A DNA stretch of 64,000 bases from Tabrizicola sp. (lineage in GTDB: Bacteria; Pseudomonadota; Alphaproteobacteria; Rhodobacterales; Rhodobacteraceae), in NCBI RefSeq assembly GCF_965284335.1, contig NZ_OZ260076.1; one strand, given 5' to 3'. Below the pieces are notes generated by a model. That model made no database searches, was not told where the DNA came from, and worked only from the letters and a program-made list of their open reading frames with translations. The translations under genes and the position numbers were made by a program. Below are positions 45,404 through 55,366 of the stretch, one piece after another (the first letter of the stretch is position 1; each line of letters opens with the position of its first letter).

Positions 45404-46911
45404 TGCGCCAGCGCCGCCCCACCCGCCAGATCAACGCCATCCCCCAGCGCCCCTTTGGCCAGGTGCCACGCCCCTATGACCCGATCCGCGTGCTCTCCGA
45501 CGACCATATCGAGGCGATCCACCAAGCCGCCCTGCGCCTTCTGGCCGAACAGGGCATGCGCGTGTTGAACGCCCGCGCGATCGACCATTTCCGCCGCGCC
45601 GGCGCGCGGGTGGATGGCAATATGGTCTACCTTGACCCCGCCATGGTCACCGAGCGCCTCAAAACCGTCCCCCCCACCTTCAGCATCGCCGCCCGCAACC
45701 GCGCCAAGGACCTGCGCTTTGGCGGCAATGACATGGTGTTTTCCTCGGTCGGCGGCCCCGCCTATGTGATGGACCTTGACCGCGGGCGGCGCGATGGCAC
45801 CCTTCAAGACATGCAGGATTTCCTGCGCCTGTGCCAAAGCCTGAACGTCATCCAACAGGAATCCGGCGGCCCCTTGGAACCCATGGACCTGCCCGCCAAC
45901 ACCCGGCATCTGGACCTTTACCTCAGCCAGATCACCCTTCTGGACAAAAGCTGGAACCTTAACGCACTCGGCACCGAGCGCACCATGGACGGCCTCCACA
46001 TGGCCGCCTTGACCATGGGATGGTCGCTTGATGACCTGGCCCGCCAGCCCATGATGATGGGCGTCATCAACACCAACTCCCCCCGCCAACTCGACGACCC
46101 GATGAGCCAAGGGCTGATCGCACTGGCCGAACACGGGCAGGTCGCCATCGTCACCCCCTTTACCCTTGCCGGGGCCATGGCCCCTGTCAGCCTCGCAGGC
46201 GCATTGGTCCTCCAACATGCCGAGGCGATCTTCGGCATCACCCTGACCCAAATCGTGCGCCCCGGCGTGCCGGTGATGTATGGCGGCTTCACCTCGAACG
46301 TCGACATGAAAACCGGCGCCCCCGCCTTCGGCACGCCCGAATACGCCAAGGCCGCCCAAGCCTCGGGCCAACTCGCCCGCCGCATCGGCGTGCCGTTCCG
46401 CTCCTCCAACGTCACGGCGGCCAATGCACTTGATGCCCAAGCCGCCTATGAGGCGCAGATGTCGCTCTGGGGCTGCCTGATGGGCGGGGCGCATCTGGTG
46501 ATCCACGGCGCAGGCTGGATGCATGGCGGTCTGACCGCAAGCTTTGAAAAGCTGATCCTCGACGCCGAAATGCTTGGCATGATGCAGGCCTATTTCACCC
46601 CCATCCCGGTCACCAACGAAGCCCTTTCCCTTGACGCCATCGCCGAGGCAGGCGTCGGCGGCCATTTCTTCGGCACCGCGCAAACCATGGCCCAATACGA
46701 AACCGCCTTCCACGCGCCGATGCTGTCGAACTGGGACAACTACCCCACATGGGTCGAACGCGGCCGCGAAGAAGCACCCCAGCGCGCCAACCGCATCTGG
46801 AAAGAGCTTCTGGCCAGTTATGAAGCCCCGCCCCTTGACCCCGCCATCCGCGACGCGCTTGACGATTTCGTCGCCCGCCGCAAAGCCGAAGGCGGCGCCC
46901 CCACCAACTGA
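45400..46911 (+). CDS. MttB-superfamily methyltransferase, non-pyrrolysine type
   Basis: About 500 aa. The N-terminus 'IRVLSDDHIEAIHQAALRLLAEQGMRV' and overall length are typical of trimethylamine-methyltransferase-family proteins. No in-frame TAG. The start overlaps the upstream stop (GTGATG). Confidence 0.8.
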   Translation: MMRQRRPTRQINAIPQRPFGQVPRPYDPIRVLSDDHIEAIHQAALRLLAEQGMRVLNARAIDHFRRAGARVDGNMVYLDPAMVTERLKTVPPTFSIAARNRAKDLRFGGNDMVFSSVGGPAYVMDLDRGRRDGTLQDMQDFLRLCQSLNVIQQESGGPLEPMDLPANTRHLDLYLSQITLLDKSWNLNALGTERTMDGLHMAALTMGWSLDDLARQPMMMGVINTNSPRQLDDPMSQGLIALAEHGQVAIVTPFTLAGAMAPVSLAGALVLQHAEAIFGITLTQIVRPGVPVMYGGFTSNVDMKTGAPAFGTPEYAKAAQASGQLARRIGVPFRSSNVTAANALDAQAAYEAQMSLWGCLMGGAHLVIHGAGWMHGGLTASFEKLILDAEMLGMMQAYFTPIPVTNEALSLDAIAEAGVGGHFFGTAQTMAQYETAFHAPMLSNWDNYPTWVERGREEAPQRANRIWKELLASYEAPPLDPAIRDALDDFVARRKAEGGAPTN

Positions 46912-46945
46912 GGCTCATCGTCGGGCAAAAGCCCGCTCTTCGCCG

Positions 46946-46977
46946 CTTCCTCTTGGCCAAAATACTCCCCGCGGAGC
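46946..46977. repeat. 32-nt intergenic repeat, family A (copy 2)
   Basis: CTTCCTCTTGGCCAAAATACTCCCCGCGGAGC is 30 of 32 identical to 5723-5754. Confidence 0.85.
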
Positions 46978-47084
46978 GTCCGACGCCGGGCTCGGGGCAC
47001 CTCCGTCGGGGGTATGGCCGCCAAAGTGACAGGCTTCCGATCCGGGCTGAAACCCGCTAATCTGCCGCCAAAACGGGGGCACGG

Positions 47085-48005
47085 ATGTTTGTGACGGTAA
47101 CGCCAGAGTGGCAAGACATGGGAAGCGCCCTTGTGGCCGAGTTGTGCGCCCACCTCCCCGGCACCGGCCCCGAAGATCTCGCCCTTGTCGTGGTGCAGCG
47201 CAATCGCGCGGGCGAGGCCAAAGGCTTTGTCCACCGCGGGATGGAGCCGGTCTATCCCTGTTCCTTGGTCAAGGCCTTTCATCTGATCCATGCCCTCGCC
47301 GCCCTCGAAGAGGGCCGGGCCGAGGCCCATGGCGAGATGGACCGCGCCATGCGCGACATGATTTTGTGGTCTTCGAACACCGCGACGAACTATGTCATTG
47401 ATATCCTGACCGGAACCACCGGCGACACCCTGCTGGACGGTGCCGAATACCTCGACTGGATGACCAAACGCGAGCGGCTCAACCGCTTTTTCTGGCGCAT
47501 GGGCTGGCCGGAATGGGAGGGCTGCCGCATTGCCCAAAAGCTGATGGATGACACCCGCTATGGCCGCGAGGCGCGCTTTGCGGCCGAGGGGGGCGGCAAT
47601 CTCAACCGGCTGACCGCGCTCGCCGCCGCGCGGCTGATGTGGGAGCTGTTTGAGGGCGATCTGCCGCTCTCGCCCCCGGCGCGGGCGCGGGCGCAGGCGA
47701 TCTTGTCGCGCGATCCGGCCGGGCCCGATGCCGCGCGCCCCGAATATCAGCTGTCGGAATACCTCGGCGGCGCGCTGCCGCCGGGCGTGCAGGTCTGGTC
47801 CAAGGCGGGCCATAACCTCTGGACCGGCGATGCCGCCACCAGCTGGTTCAAGCATGACATGATCCGCATCACCGCCCCCGACCGCGCGCCGCTGATTGCG
47901 GTGCTGATGACCCAAGGCAAGGCAATAGCCCAAGACCACCCACAGCTTTTGCCGCAGTTCGGCGCAAAGCTCTGGGCGCGGGCCGCCGAGATGGAGGCCG
48001 GATGA
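47085..48005 (+). CDS. class-A beta-lactamase-fold serine hydrolase
   Basis: S-x-x-K candidate 'CSLVKAFH', 'SSNTATN' (SxN), about 300 aa. The call is moderate only. Confidence 0.55.
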   Translation: MFVTVTPEWQDMGSALVAELCAHLPGTGPEDLALVVVQRNRAGEAKGFVHRGMEPVYPCSLVKAFHLIHALAALEEGRAEAHGEMDRAMRDMILWSSNTATNYVIDILTGTTGDTLLDGAEYLDWMTKRERLNRFFWRMGWPEWEGCRIAQKLMDDTRYGREARFAAEGGGNLNRLTALAAARLMWELFEGDLPLSPPARARAQAILSRDPAGPDAARPEYQLSEYLGGALPPGVQVWSKAGHNLWTGDAATSWFKHDMIRITAPDRAPLIAVLMTQGKAIAQDHPQLLPQFGAKLWARAAEMEAG

Positions 48006-48688
48006 GTGCTTGGCTAGAGCTTGCCTTGGCGATGGGGCTTTTTATGCTGTCGCATCGCATTCCGGCGGCTTTGGGGATCAAACACAGCCTTGTCTCGGGT
48101 TTGGGCCCGCGCGGCTATACGGCGGTGTTTTCCATCGGGTCTTTGGCGCTGTTGTGGTGGGTGATCTTGGCCGCCGGGCGCGCGCCCCATTTGCCCTTGT
48201 GGGATCAGGCGCATTGGCACCGCTGGGCGGTCAATCTGGCCATGCCCTTGGCGATTGTGCTGGGCAGCTTTGGCACCGCCGCCCCCAATCCCTTTGCCTT
48301 TGAAGGCCGCGCCACGGGTTTTGACCCTGACCGCCCCGGCATTGCCGGGCTGACGCGCCAGCCGCTTCTCTGGGCGCTGGCGCTTTGGTCTGGGGCGCAT
48401 CTTTTGGCCAATGGCGATCTGGCGCATCTGATCGTCTTTGGCCCCTTTGTCGCCCTGTCACTGGCCGGAATGCCCATCGTCGAGGCCCGCCGCCGCAAGG
48501 CCATGGGGCGCGCCCAATGGCAGGCCATGACAGCCCGCACCAGCCTTGTGCCCGCCGCGGCCCTCCTCAGCGGGCATTGGCGGCCAAAGGCCCTGCCCTC
48601 ATGGCGACGCCTTGCCATCGCCGGGCTGATCTGGGCCGGGCTTTGGCATCTTCACGCGCCGCTGATCGGGGTTTGGCCTGCCACCTAG
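48002..48688 (+). CDS. NnrU-family membrane protein
   Basis: Polytopic protein with 'LELALAMGLFMLSHRIPA' N-terminus and 'LWSGAHLLANGD'. ATGA overlap with the previous gene. Confidence 0.65.
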   Translation: MSAWLELALAMGLFMLSHRIPAALGIKHSLVSGLGPRGYTAVFSIGSLALLWWVILAAGRAPHLPLWDQAHWHRWAVNLAMPLAIVLGSFGTAAPNPFAFEGRATGFDPDRPGIAGLTRQPLLWALALWSGAHLLANGDLAHLIVFGPFVALSLAGMPIVEARRRKAMGRAQWQAMTARTSLVPAAALLSGHWRPKALPSWRRLAIAGLIWAGLWHLHAPLIGVWPAT

Positions 48689-48790
48689 GCCGATGGGTTT
48701 TCCAAGGCCAAGGCGCGGAATTTCATTGACGATGCGCAGCCTATGGTTGCACCCTGCCATCAGATTTCGCAACTGACGGGCACCGCAGAG

Positions 48791-49015
48791 ATGGGCTATG
48801 TGTTTTCAACCCCCGCCGGGCTGGTCGCACTTTTCGCAATGGCGGTGGAATTCGCCATCGCGCTGATCCTTGCCCTGTCCACCGGGCTTTCAGAACTGCA
48901 CAAAGACCTGCTTGTGGGCTTTGCCTTGGGCTTTCCAACGCTGGCCATGGTGTTGATCTTGGTGCTTTTGGCCCGCAGCCAAGAGGCCACCCTTACGGCG
49001 TCTGAAGACGCTTGA
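48791..49015 (+). CDS. small hydrophobic protein (about 74 aa), hypothetical
   Basis: ATG at 48791. Two or three TM segments. Weak support only. Confidence 0.3.
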   Translation: MGYVFSTPAGLVALFAMAVEFAIALILALSTGLSELHKDLLVGFALGFPTLAMVLILVLLARSQEATLTASEDA

Positions 49016-49436
49016 GATATTCCGCCAACTCCACCAGCCGGATCGGCGTGGGCGTCTCGATCCCGTCACCGCCATCATAAGGCACCATATCGCCTTGCAA
49101 CAGCGGGCCAAAGTCGGGCATCACCCCGCGCCCCTTGGCCCCGGCATAGCCCCAGATCTGCGCCATCACCTTGGTCGTCGGAAAGACGCCCTTGTTCTTG
49201 GCCGACAGCGTGGTCAGATCAGAGGGCTTGCGCGACAGCACGCCCGCAATCTCGCCATCGCCCTTGCCGCTGGCCCCATGGCACGAGGCGCAATAGGCCG
49301 CATAATCCTCGGCCCCGGTTTCGGGGCTGTGATTGGGGTCAACACAGGCCGCCATCAGCGGCAAAGCCAAGATCACAAGGGCCGGGCGCAGTTGGGTCGT
49401 CACGCGTGTCAAGGGGCGGGTCATGGTCTCTTTCAT
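48993..49436 (-). CDS. c-type cytochrome (class I), probable lipoprotein
   Basis: Haem motif 'CASCHG', downstream Met ligand region, lipobox-like 'PLMAAC'. Confidence 0.8.
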   Translation of the reverse strand: MKETMTRPLTRVTTQLRPALVILALPLMAACVDPNHSPETGAEDYAAYCASCHGASGKGDGEIAGVLSRKPSDLTTLSAKNKGVFPTTKVMAQIWGYAGAKGRGVMPDFGPLLQGDMVPYDGGDGIETPTPIRLVELAEYLKRLQTP

Positions 49437-49519
49437 GGTGTCAACTCCGGTGAGCTAAGGTCAGGCGGCAAGATTGCGTAAGACGCGCACGGGTCACAGC
49501 AGGCAGAACGGCACGCGCA

Positions 49520-50212
49520 TCAGCCCGCGCCAAAGGGCAGCACACGGCCCTGATCCAGCCGCACAATGCGGTCCATCCGGGCGGCCAGATCAAGGTTATG
49601 GGTGGCAATCAAGGCGGCAAGCCCGGTCTCGCGCACCAAGGCCATCAAGGCGCCGAACACTTGGTCAGAGGTGGCAGGATCAAGGTTCCCGGTCGGCTCA
49701 TCGGCCAGCAACAGCTTGGGTCGGTTGGCCAATGCGCGGCAAAAGGCCACCCGCTGCTGTTCGCCCCCCGACAGCGCCGCCGGGCGATGCCCGGCACGGC
49801 CCGCCACACCCACACGGGCCAAAAGATCCATCGCATGGGCCGTGGCCTCGGCCTCGGTCGCGCCATTGGCCAGTTGCGGGATCACGACATTTTCCAGCGC
49901 GGTAAACTCGGGCAAGAGATGGTGGAACTGATAGATGAACCCCACCTCATCGCGCCGCGCCAATGTGCGCTCGCGGTCCGACAGGCCCACCATATTGCGC
50001 CCCGACAGCGCGACAGAGCCGGCATCGGGCGTGTCGAGAAGCCCCGCAATGTGCAAAAGCGTCGATTTGCCCGCCCCCGAGGGCGCGACCAAGGCCACCA
50101 CCTCGCCGCGCTTCACCTCCAGCGTGGCCCCGCGCAACACGGCCACCTCGCCCGGCGTGCCACGCTTGTAGACCTTTTCGATCTCGGCCAATTCCAGCGC
50201 ATAATCATTCAT
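49520..50212 (-). CDS. lolD: lipoprotein-releasing system ATP-binding protein
   Basis: 'APSGAGKST', '[10 protein letters not shown]', '[12 protein letters not shown]'. Overlaps the upstream LolC/E permease gene. Confidence 0.9.
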   Translation of the reverse strand: MNDYALELAEIEKVYKRGTPGEVAVLRGATLEVKRGEVVALVAPSGAGKSTLLHIAGLLDTPDAGSVALSGRNMVGLSDRERTLARRDEVGFIYQFHHLLPEFTALENVVIPQLANGATEAEATAHAMDLLARVGVAGRAGHRPAALSGGEQQRVAFCRALANRPKLLLADEPTGNLDPATSDQVFGALMALVRETGLAALIATHNLDLAARMDRIVRLDQGRVLPFGAG

Positions 50213-51491
50213 AGCGCAGGGCCTCCACCGGGTTCATCCGCGCCGCGCGCCGGGCGGGGAAAATCGTCACCACAAAAGACAGGCCCAAAGACAAGGCCAC
50301 CGCCGAGCCGACATCCCACCACTGCAATTTGGCCGGCAGCGCATAGATCCCCCGGATCGAAGGGTCCCAAACCCCGCCCCCGGCCATGTAATTCACGAAA
50401 GAAAAGATCGAGTCGATATAGATGGCGAAAAGACAGCCCAAAGCCACGCCAAACAGGGTTCCCACAACGCCCGTGAAGGCCCCGCAGATGAAAAACACCC
50501 GCAGGATCGACCCCTCGGTCAAGCCCATGGTGCGCAAGATGCCAATGTCGCGGCCCTTGTTTTTCACCAGCATGATCAGCCCCGAGACGATGTTCATCGC
50601 CGCGATCAAGACAAGGATCGACAGGATGATGAACATCACATTGTCCTCGATATCCAGCGCGCGCAGAAACGACCCCGCCGCATCGCGCCATGTCCAGATC
50701 AAGGCATCATCGCCCACCACATCCAGTGCGGGGATCGTATAGGCGTCAATGTTTTCAGGGTCTTGCACCATGACCTCGAATTCATCCGCCAACCCTTCGC
50801 GGTTGAAATAGGACTGCGCCTCGGCAAAGGGCATGTAAATGCGGGTGCGGTCGATGTCCCAACGCCCTGCGGTAAAGACATAGACCACCTCATAGGCATT
50901 GACACGCGGCGACGAGCCAAAGGCGGTTTTCACCCCCGAAGGGGCCACCAGCCGAATGCGGTCGCCCACCGTCACGCCAAGCTCGCGCGCAATGCCCGAG
51001 CCAATGGCAATGCCGCGGTCAAAATCATCGAGTTTTCCATAGGCTTGCGATCCAACCCCCACCCGCGGAATGGTTTTCAGATCCTCCAGCCGAATGCCGT
51101 AAACCTCGGCCCCCAAGGCCGGGCCTTGCGCGGCGGTCACCATGACCTGCCCCTTGACCAAAGGTGCCGCCCGCGTCACGCCGGGCAGGCTGGCAAGGTT
51201 CGCAGCAATCGCGTCATAATCCTCAAAGGCCTTGACCAAACGGCCATCTTCGCCAAGCCGCCCGGCGGAATAGACCGTCACATGCGCATTGGCGCCCAAG
51301 ATGGTATCAACAAACTCGGCCCGAAACCCGGCCCGCACGGCCAGCGTCGCGATCAGCGCAAAGACCGCCAAAGTGATGCCGATCAGGCTGATCCAGGTCA
51401 TCACCGACACACCGCCCTCGGCACGTTTGGCACGCAAATAGCGCCAGGCAATCATGAATTCAAAACGGGAAAAGGGGGCTGTCTGGGCCAA
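50205..51491 (-). CDS. lolE: lipoprotein-releasing system permease (LolC/E family)
   Basis: '[18 protein letters not shown]' N-terminus, large periplasmic loop, C-terminal FtsX-type TMs. Confidence 0.9.
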   Translation of the reverse strand: MAQTAPFSRFEFMIAWRYLRAKRAEGGVSVMTWISLIGITLAVFALIATLAVRAGFRAEFVDTILGANAHVTVYSAGRLGEDGRLVKAFEDYDAIAANLASLPGVTRAAPLVKGQVMVTAAQGPALGAEVYGIRLEDLKTIPRVGVGSQAYGKLDDFDRGIAIGSGIARELGVTVGDRIRLVAPSGVKTAFGSSPRVNAYEVVYVFTAGRWDIDRTRIYMPFAEAQSYFNREGLADEFEVMVQDPENIDAYTIPALDVVGDDALIWTWRDAAGSFLRALDIEDNVMFIILSILVLIAAMNIVSGLIMLVKNKGRDIGILRTMGLTEGSILRVFFICGAFTGVVGTLFGVALGCLFAIYIDSIFSFVNYMAGGGVWDPSIRGIYALPAKLQWWDVGSAVALSLGLSFVVTIFPARRAARMNPVEALRYE

Positions 51492-51604
51492 AGGTTCTGC
51501 TCATTGTTGTTTTGGGCCAGAGTGAGGCTTCAGCGCAGCAAGGTCAAGAAGCGGCGGGGATTCCCGCCGCCTCTTCGAGCATTTCATGCACTCATCGGCG
51601 GCCA

Positions 51605-51637
51605 CCCCACGACGAGGCGGCGAAGCCCCCGAGGAGT
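51605..51637. repeat. GC-rich intergenic repeat, family C (copy 2)
   Basis: See 6300-6333. It lies downstream of proS and upstream of lolE. Confidence 0.75.
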
Positions 51638-51642
51638 TCCGC

Positions 51643-52992
51643 TCAGACCCCTTCGTAAATCTCGGCAATCCGCGCCACCGCAGCCTCGGGCGACATCTCC
51701 ACGCTTTCCCCCGTGCGACGCGATGTCAGTTCCACCACGCCATTGGCCAGCCCGCGCGGGCCAACCGTGATGCGCCAGGGCAATCCGATCAGGTCCATCG
51801 TGGCGAACTTCGCCCCGGCCCGCTCATCGCGGTCGTCATAAAGCGCCTCAAGCCCCTTGGCCGCCAGCGCCTTGTAAAGTGCCTCACAGGCCGCATCCGC
51901 CGCCGCATCGCCCTGTTTCAGGTTCACGATCCCCACCGGGAAGGGCGTCACACCCTCGGGCCAGATAATGCCCTTGTCGTCATGGCTGGCCTCAATGATC
52001 GCGCCCAGAAGGCGGCTGACGCCAATCCCGTGCGAGCCCATTTCCACCGGAACCTTGGACCCGTCCGCCGTCACAACCGTCGCGCCCATGGCTTCGGAAT
52101 ATTTGGTGCCGAAATAGAAAATCTGCCCCACCTCGATGCCCCGCGCGACCTTGCGGCGCTCTTCGGGAATGGCGTTGAACAGCGCCTCGTCATGGGTTTC
52201 ATCGGTGCGCGCATAAAGCGTGGTGAATTCCTTACAAACCGCCGCCACTTCCTCGCGGTTGTCGTAATTCACCTCGCGGTTGCCCAGCTTCAACTCGGTC
52301 ACCGCACTGTCAAAGAACACCTCAGACTCGCCCGTCGAGGCCAGCACCAAAAACTCATGCGTGTCATCGCCGCCAATCGGGCCGGAATCGGCGCGCATCG
52401 GAATGGCGGTCAGACCCATGCGCTCATAGGTGCGCAAGTAACTGACCATATGGCGGTTATAAGCATGCAGCGCCGCCGCTTTGTCGACGTCGAAATTATA
52501 GCCGTCTTTCATCAGGAACTCGCGCCCGCGCATCACCCCGAACCGCGGCCGCATCTCATCGCGGAACTTCCACTGGATATGGTAAAGCGTCAGCGGCAGG
52601 TCTTTATAGCTGTTCACATGGGCGCGGAAGATGTCGGTGATCATCTCCTCATTGGTCGGACCATAAAGCATCTCACGGTCCTGACGGTCCTTGATGCGCA
52701 GCATTTCCTGACCGTAATCATCATAGCGCCCGCTTTCGCGCCACAGGTCTGCCGGCTGCAAGGTCGGCATCAACAGCGGAATATGGCCCGCGCGTTCCTG
52801 CTCTTCATGCACGATCTGCTGGATACGGTTCAGCACCCGCAGACCCAAAGGCAGCCAGGAATAAATCCCTGCCGCCTGCTGCTTAATCATCCCCGCCCGC
52901 AGCATATAGCGGTGCGAGACGATCTGCGCCTCGGCAGGGTTTTCTTTCAAAACGGGCAGGAAATAGCGCGACAGACGCATGGCGGGCCTCAT
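51643..52992 (-). CDS. proS: prolyl-tRNA synthetase (short alphaproteobacterial/eukaryote-like form)
   Basis: 449 aa. '[17 protein letters not shown]', class II motifs '[17 protein letters not shown]' and 'GSHGIGVSR'. Confidence 0.95.
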   Translation of the reverse strand: MRPAMRLSRYFLPVLKENPAEAQIVSHRYMLRAGMIKQQAAGIYSWLPLGLRVLNRIQQIVHEEQERAGHIPLLMPTLQPADLWRESGRYDDYGQEMLRIKDRQDREMLYGPTNEEMITDIFRAHVNSYKDLPLTLYHIQWKFRDEMRPRFGVMRGREFLMKDGYNFDVDKAAALHAYNRHMVSYLRTYERMGLTAIPMRADSGPIGGDDTHEFLVLASTGESEVFFDSAVTELKLGNREVNYDNREEVAAVCKEFTTLYARTDETHDEALFNAIPEERRKVARGIEVGQIFYFGTKYSEAMGATVVTADGSKVPVEMGSHGIGVSRLLGAIIEASHDDKGIIWPEGVTPFPVGIVNLKQGDAAADAACEALYKALAAKGLEALYDDRDERAGAKFATMDLIGLPWRITVGPRGLANGVVELTSRRTGESVEMSPEAAVARIAEIYEGV

Positions 52993-53054
52993 GTAATGGT
53001 CAAGAGGTTCCTAGCGGGAAGGCGCGCGGGGGGCAAGCGCAGGCTGCACAGCGC

Positions 53055-53561
53055 CTAACCTTGGCCCTCCAACCCCTCGCCCAACAAATCCTCGACAAAC
53101 CACGCGGCGAACTGCGCCCGGCCCGTGACGCCCGCCTTGGCGTAAATCCGCGTCAGTTGCGCCCGCACCGTGCCCGAGGCTGCGCCGCGCACTTCGGCAA
53201 TCTCGGCCACATCCAGCCCTTTCAGCGCCAAAAACCCTACATCGCGCTCGGCTGGCGTCAGCCCCCATTGGGTGAACTGCGCCGCAATCACATCGCCCAA
53301 AGCCCCGCGCGCCGAGGCCAGTGCGATGTCTTGCATCCGCATCTCCTCCAGCGTTTGGCGCAAGGTGATGGCGCCAAACATCACACCCAGCGCCAAGGCC
53401 AGCGCCACCAAAAGCTCAAACCACAGATGAAACCCCAACTGGCCCGCCAGATAATCGGCCACCACATCGCCCAGAAAAAACACCGCCGCCAAGCTTTGCA
53501 CCAAGACAAAGGCGGCCAAAGCCGCAGGCTTGTGACGAAATCCACCTCCGCGCGCCGCCAT
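53055..53561 (-). CDS. membrane-anchored LuxR-family (GerE HTH) regulator
   Basis: Two N-terminal hydrophobic helices. C-terminal 'LTPAERDVGFLALKGLDVAEIAEVRGAASGTVRAQLTRIYAKAGV'. Confidence 0.8.
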   Translation of the reverse strand: MAARGGGFRHKPAALAAFVLVQSLAAVFFLGDVVADYLAGQLGFHLWFELLVALALALGVMFGAITLRQTLEEMRMQDIALASARGALGDVIAAQFTQWGLTPAERDVGFLALKGLDVAEIAEVRGAASGTVRAQLTRIYAKAGVTGRAQFAAWFVEDLLGEGLEGQG

Positions 53562-54145
53562 TACCGCCGCCGCCCGTGCAGCATGGCCGAGACCAGATTG
53601 CGCCGCATCACCCGGCTTTCCACCGCCACGCCCGCCACATGCAAAAAGGCCAGAACCACGATCAGATTGGCCGCCATCTCATGCACCTCTTCCAATGCCT
53701 CGCCCCGCGCGCTTTCCTTGGCGCCCGCATCCTCACCCGCGTCTTGCACTAACACCGACCAATCCCCAGCGGCAACCGCCGCCTCCAACTCGGCCCGCGC
53801 AAAAGGCCCCTGCCCCGTCATGGCAATACCGCTGATCGTGATCACACCCAGACAGTCCCACAAGGCATAGGCCATCATGGCCCCAGCCGGATTGTGCGAC
53901 GGAGAGTGCGGCGCTTGCCCGCGCATCAGGCCCCCCAAATGTCGCAAAGCCGCCAAGGGGTTCGGCGCAAAGCTAGAAAATCGCGCCTCACACGGCCCCA
54001 CAAAGCCCCAGATCATCCGCAACCCCAAAAGGCCCAGCCCAGCGCGATATGGACCGACCCGCCCTCTTTGGTCAGCGCAAAATTGCCCAAGACCACCGCC
54101 GCCTAAGCGCGCGCTTAAAGGGTGAACGCGCCCACCCCGACCCAT
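53561..54145 (-). CDS. cytochrome b561 / Ni-hydrogenase-type b-cytochrome family protein; the N-terminal region is questionable (possible frameshifts)
   Basis: 'RMIWGFVG..ARFSSF', 'HNPAGAMM', 'HEMAANLIVVLAFLHVAGV'. The N-terminal 60 aa of this frame lack the expected first TM/His, while a neighbouring frame encodes TM-like sequence. Confidence 0.6.
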   Translation of the reverse strand: MGRGGRVHPLSARLGGGGLGQFCADQRGRVGPYRAGLGLLGLRMIWGFVGPCEARFSSFAPNPLAALRHLGGLMRGQAPHSPSHNPAGAMMAYALWDCLGVITISGIAMTGQGPFARAELEAAVAAGDWSVLVQDAGEDAGAKESARGEALEEVHEMAANLIVVLAFLHVAGVAVESRVMRRNLVSAMLHGRRR

Positions 54146-54293
54146 AGAGCCAATAGCATAGAATGACCCTTGCCTCTGCGGCAGGCCTTGGCTTAGCTTT
54201 GCAATCATTGCGTGTTCGAGCCTGCCAAGCCCAATCAGACCGGTTTTCAAGGCAAACTTTTCAAGACAGACATTTATTGAGATGGAGTTAGTA

Positions 54294-55250
54294 ATGGCCG
54301 TTTGGACGTTTAACCGCAGCGTGCTGGAAGATGGCGTTGACATCATGTCCTCGCGGATCTTTGAAGGTTTGCTCTACTATAATGTTTTGCAGGCCAACTC
54401 GACCGTTTTTCGCGTGCGCGACCCGGAATTCGACGATGTCTTTACCTTCACCGGCCAAGGTCTGACCTATAGCACATCGAACGGGCAGACAGCCATCACA
54501 GGCGGCACTCTGACCAGCCTCAACGTCGTGTTCGAAGGTCTCACCATCGGGTCATGGACGGGCTTCAGCATCTCGGCAGCGGCGGCATCCAGCGGGCTTG
54601 CGGCCGGCAACTGGTCTGCGCTGAATACACTGATCTTCGGCACCAACGACACCTTCAACTTGACCAACTTTGCCGATGAAGTGCGCGGCTTTGGTGGCAA
54701 TGATCGGATCAACGGATTTGGCGGGGCAGACCGGCTTTATGGCGATGGGGGCAATGACACGCTTGTCGGCGGATCGGGCAGTGACATCTTGCGCGGCGGA
54801 ACCGGGGCAGATCGGCTTTTGGGTGAGGGCGGCAATGACAAGCTGTTCGGCGATACCGGGGCCGACGTCCTCTTGGGCGGGACGGGCCGCGATACGCTGA
54901 TCGGCGGCACAGGGATTGACACCCTGACCGGCGGGGCGGGGGCCGATGTCTTTGCCTTTAACCACACCGGCGCCACCAACCGCGAGATCATCACCGACTT
55001 CCTCGCCGTGGATGATGCGCTGCATTTTAACAATGACGTCTTCACCGCCTTCAATTACGTCGGCGGCCTGCGTCCTGCCGATTTCGTGCGCGGCACCAAT
55101 GCCCTCGATGCCGCCGACCGCTTTATCTATCAGCAGTCCACCGGCAACCTGTGGTATGACCGCGACGGGTCGGGCTCGGCCACCAAGGTTTTGGTGGCCG
55201 AACTGCGCGACGGCACCACACTGAGCGCGACCGATATCTTCATCTTGTGA
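54294..55250 (+). CDS. RTX-type calcium-binding repeat protein (probable T1SS substrate)
   Basis: Tandem nonapeptides 'GGNDRINGF GGADRLYGD GGNDTLVGG SGSDILRGG TGADRLLGE GGNDKLFGD TGADVLLGG TGRDTLIGG TGIDTLTGG AGADVFAF'. GGAG lies 6 nt before the ATG at 54294 (alternative start 54282). Confidence 0.9.
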   Translation: MAVWTFNRSVLEDGVDIMSSRIFEGLLYYNVLQANSTVFRVRDPEFDDVFTFTGQGLTYSTSNGQTAITGGTLTSLNVVFEGLTIGSWTGFSISAAAASSGLAAGNWSALNTLIFGTNDTFNLTNFADEVRGFGGNDRINGFGGADRLYGDGGNDTLVGGSGSDILRGGTGADRLLGEGGNDKLFGDTGADVLLGGTGRDTLIGGTGIDTLTGGAGADVFAFNHTGATNREIITDFLAVDDALHFNNDVFTAFNYVGGLRPADFVRGTNALDAADRFIYQQSTGNLWYDRDGSGSATKVLVAELRDGTTLSATDIFIL

Positions 55251-55256
55251 CCCAAA

Positions 55257-55303
55257 GGCCGGGCGCGCCGCAAAGCCGCGCCCGGCCGCCTTTTGCGCTT
55301 TTT
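55257..55303 (+). terminator. rho-independent terminator after the RTX gene
   Basis: GGCCGGGCGCG-N9-CGCGCCCGGCC followed by GCCTTTTGCGCTTTTT. Confidence 0.65.
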
Positions 55304-55366
55304 CCTGCCCCCTCTTGAAACCACGCCCCCGATGGGCAATGTGACATTCAACACAGGGGCACAGTC

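Noticed and set aside
51466-51488. Similarity of CGGGAAAAGGGGGCTGTCTGGGC to 10684-10706 (CGGGGAAAGGGGGGCTGTCTGCC), considered as another repeat family. That would have argued for a shorter lolE.
   Set aside because: At lolE this sequence encodes 'TAPFSRFE', which matches the conserved 'PFSxFE..AxRYLR' N-terminus of alphaproteobacterial LolC/E proteins. It is coding there, and the resemblance is short and imperfect.
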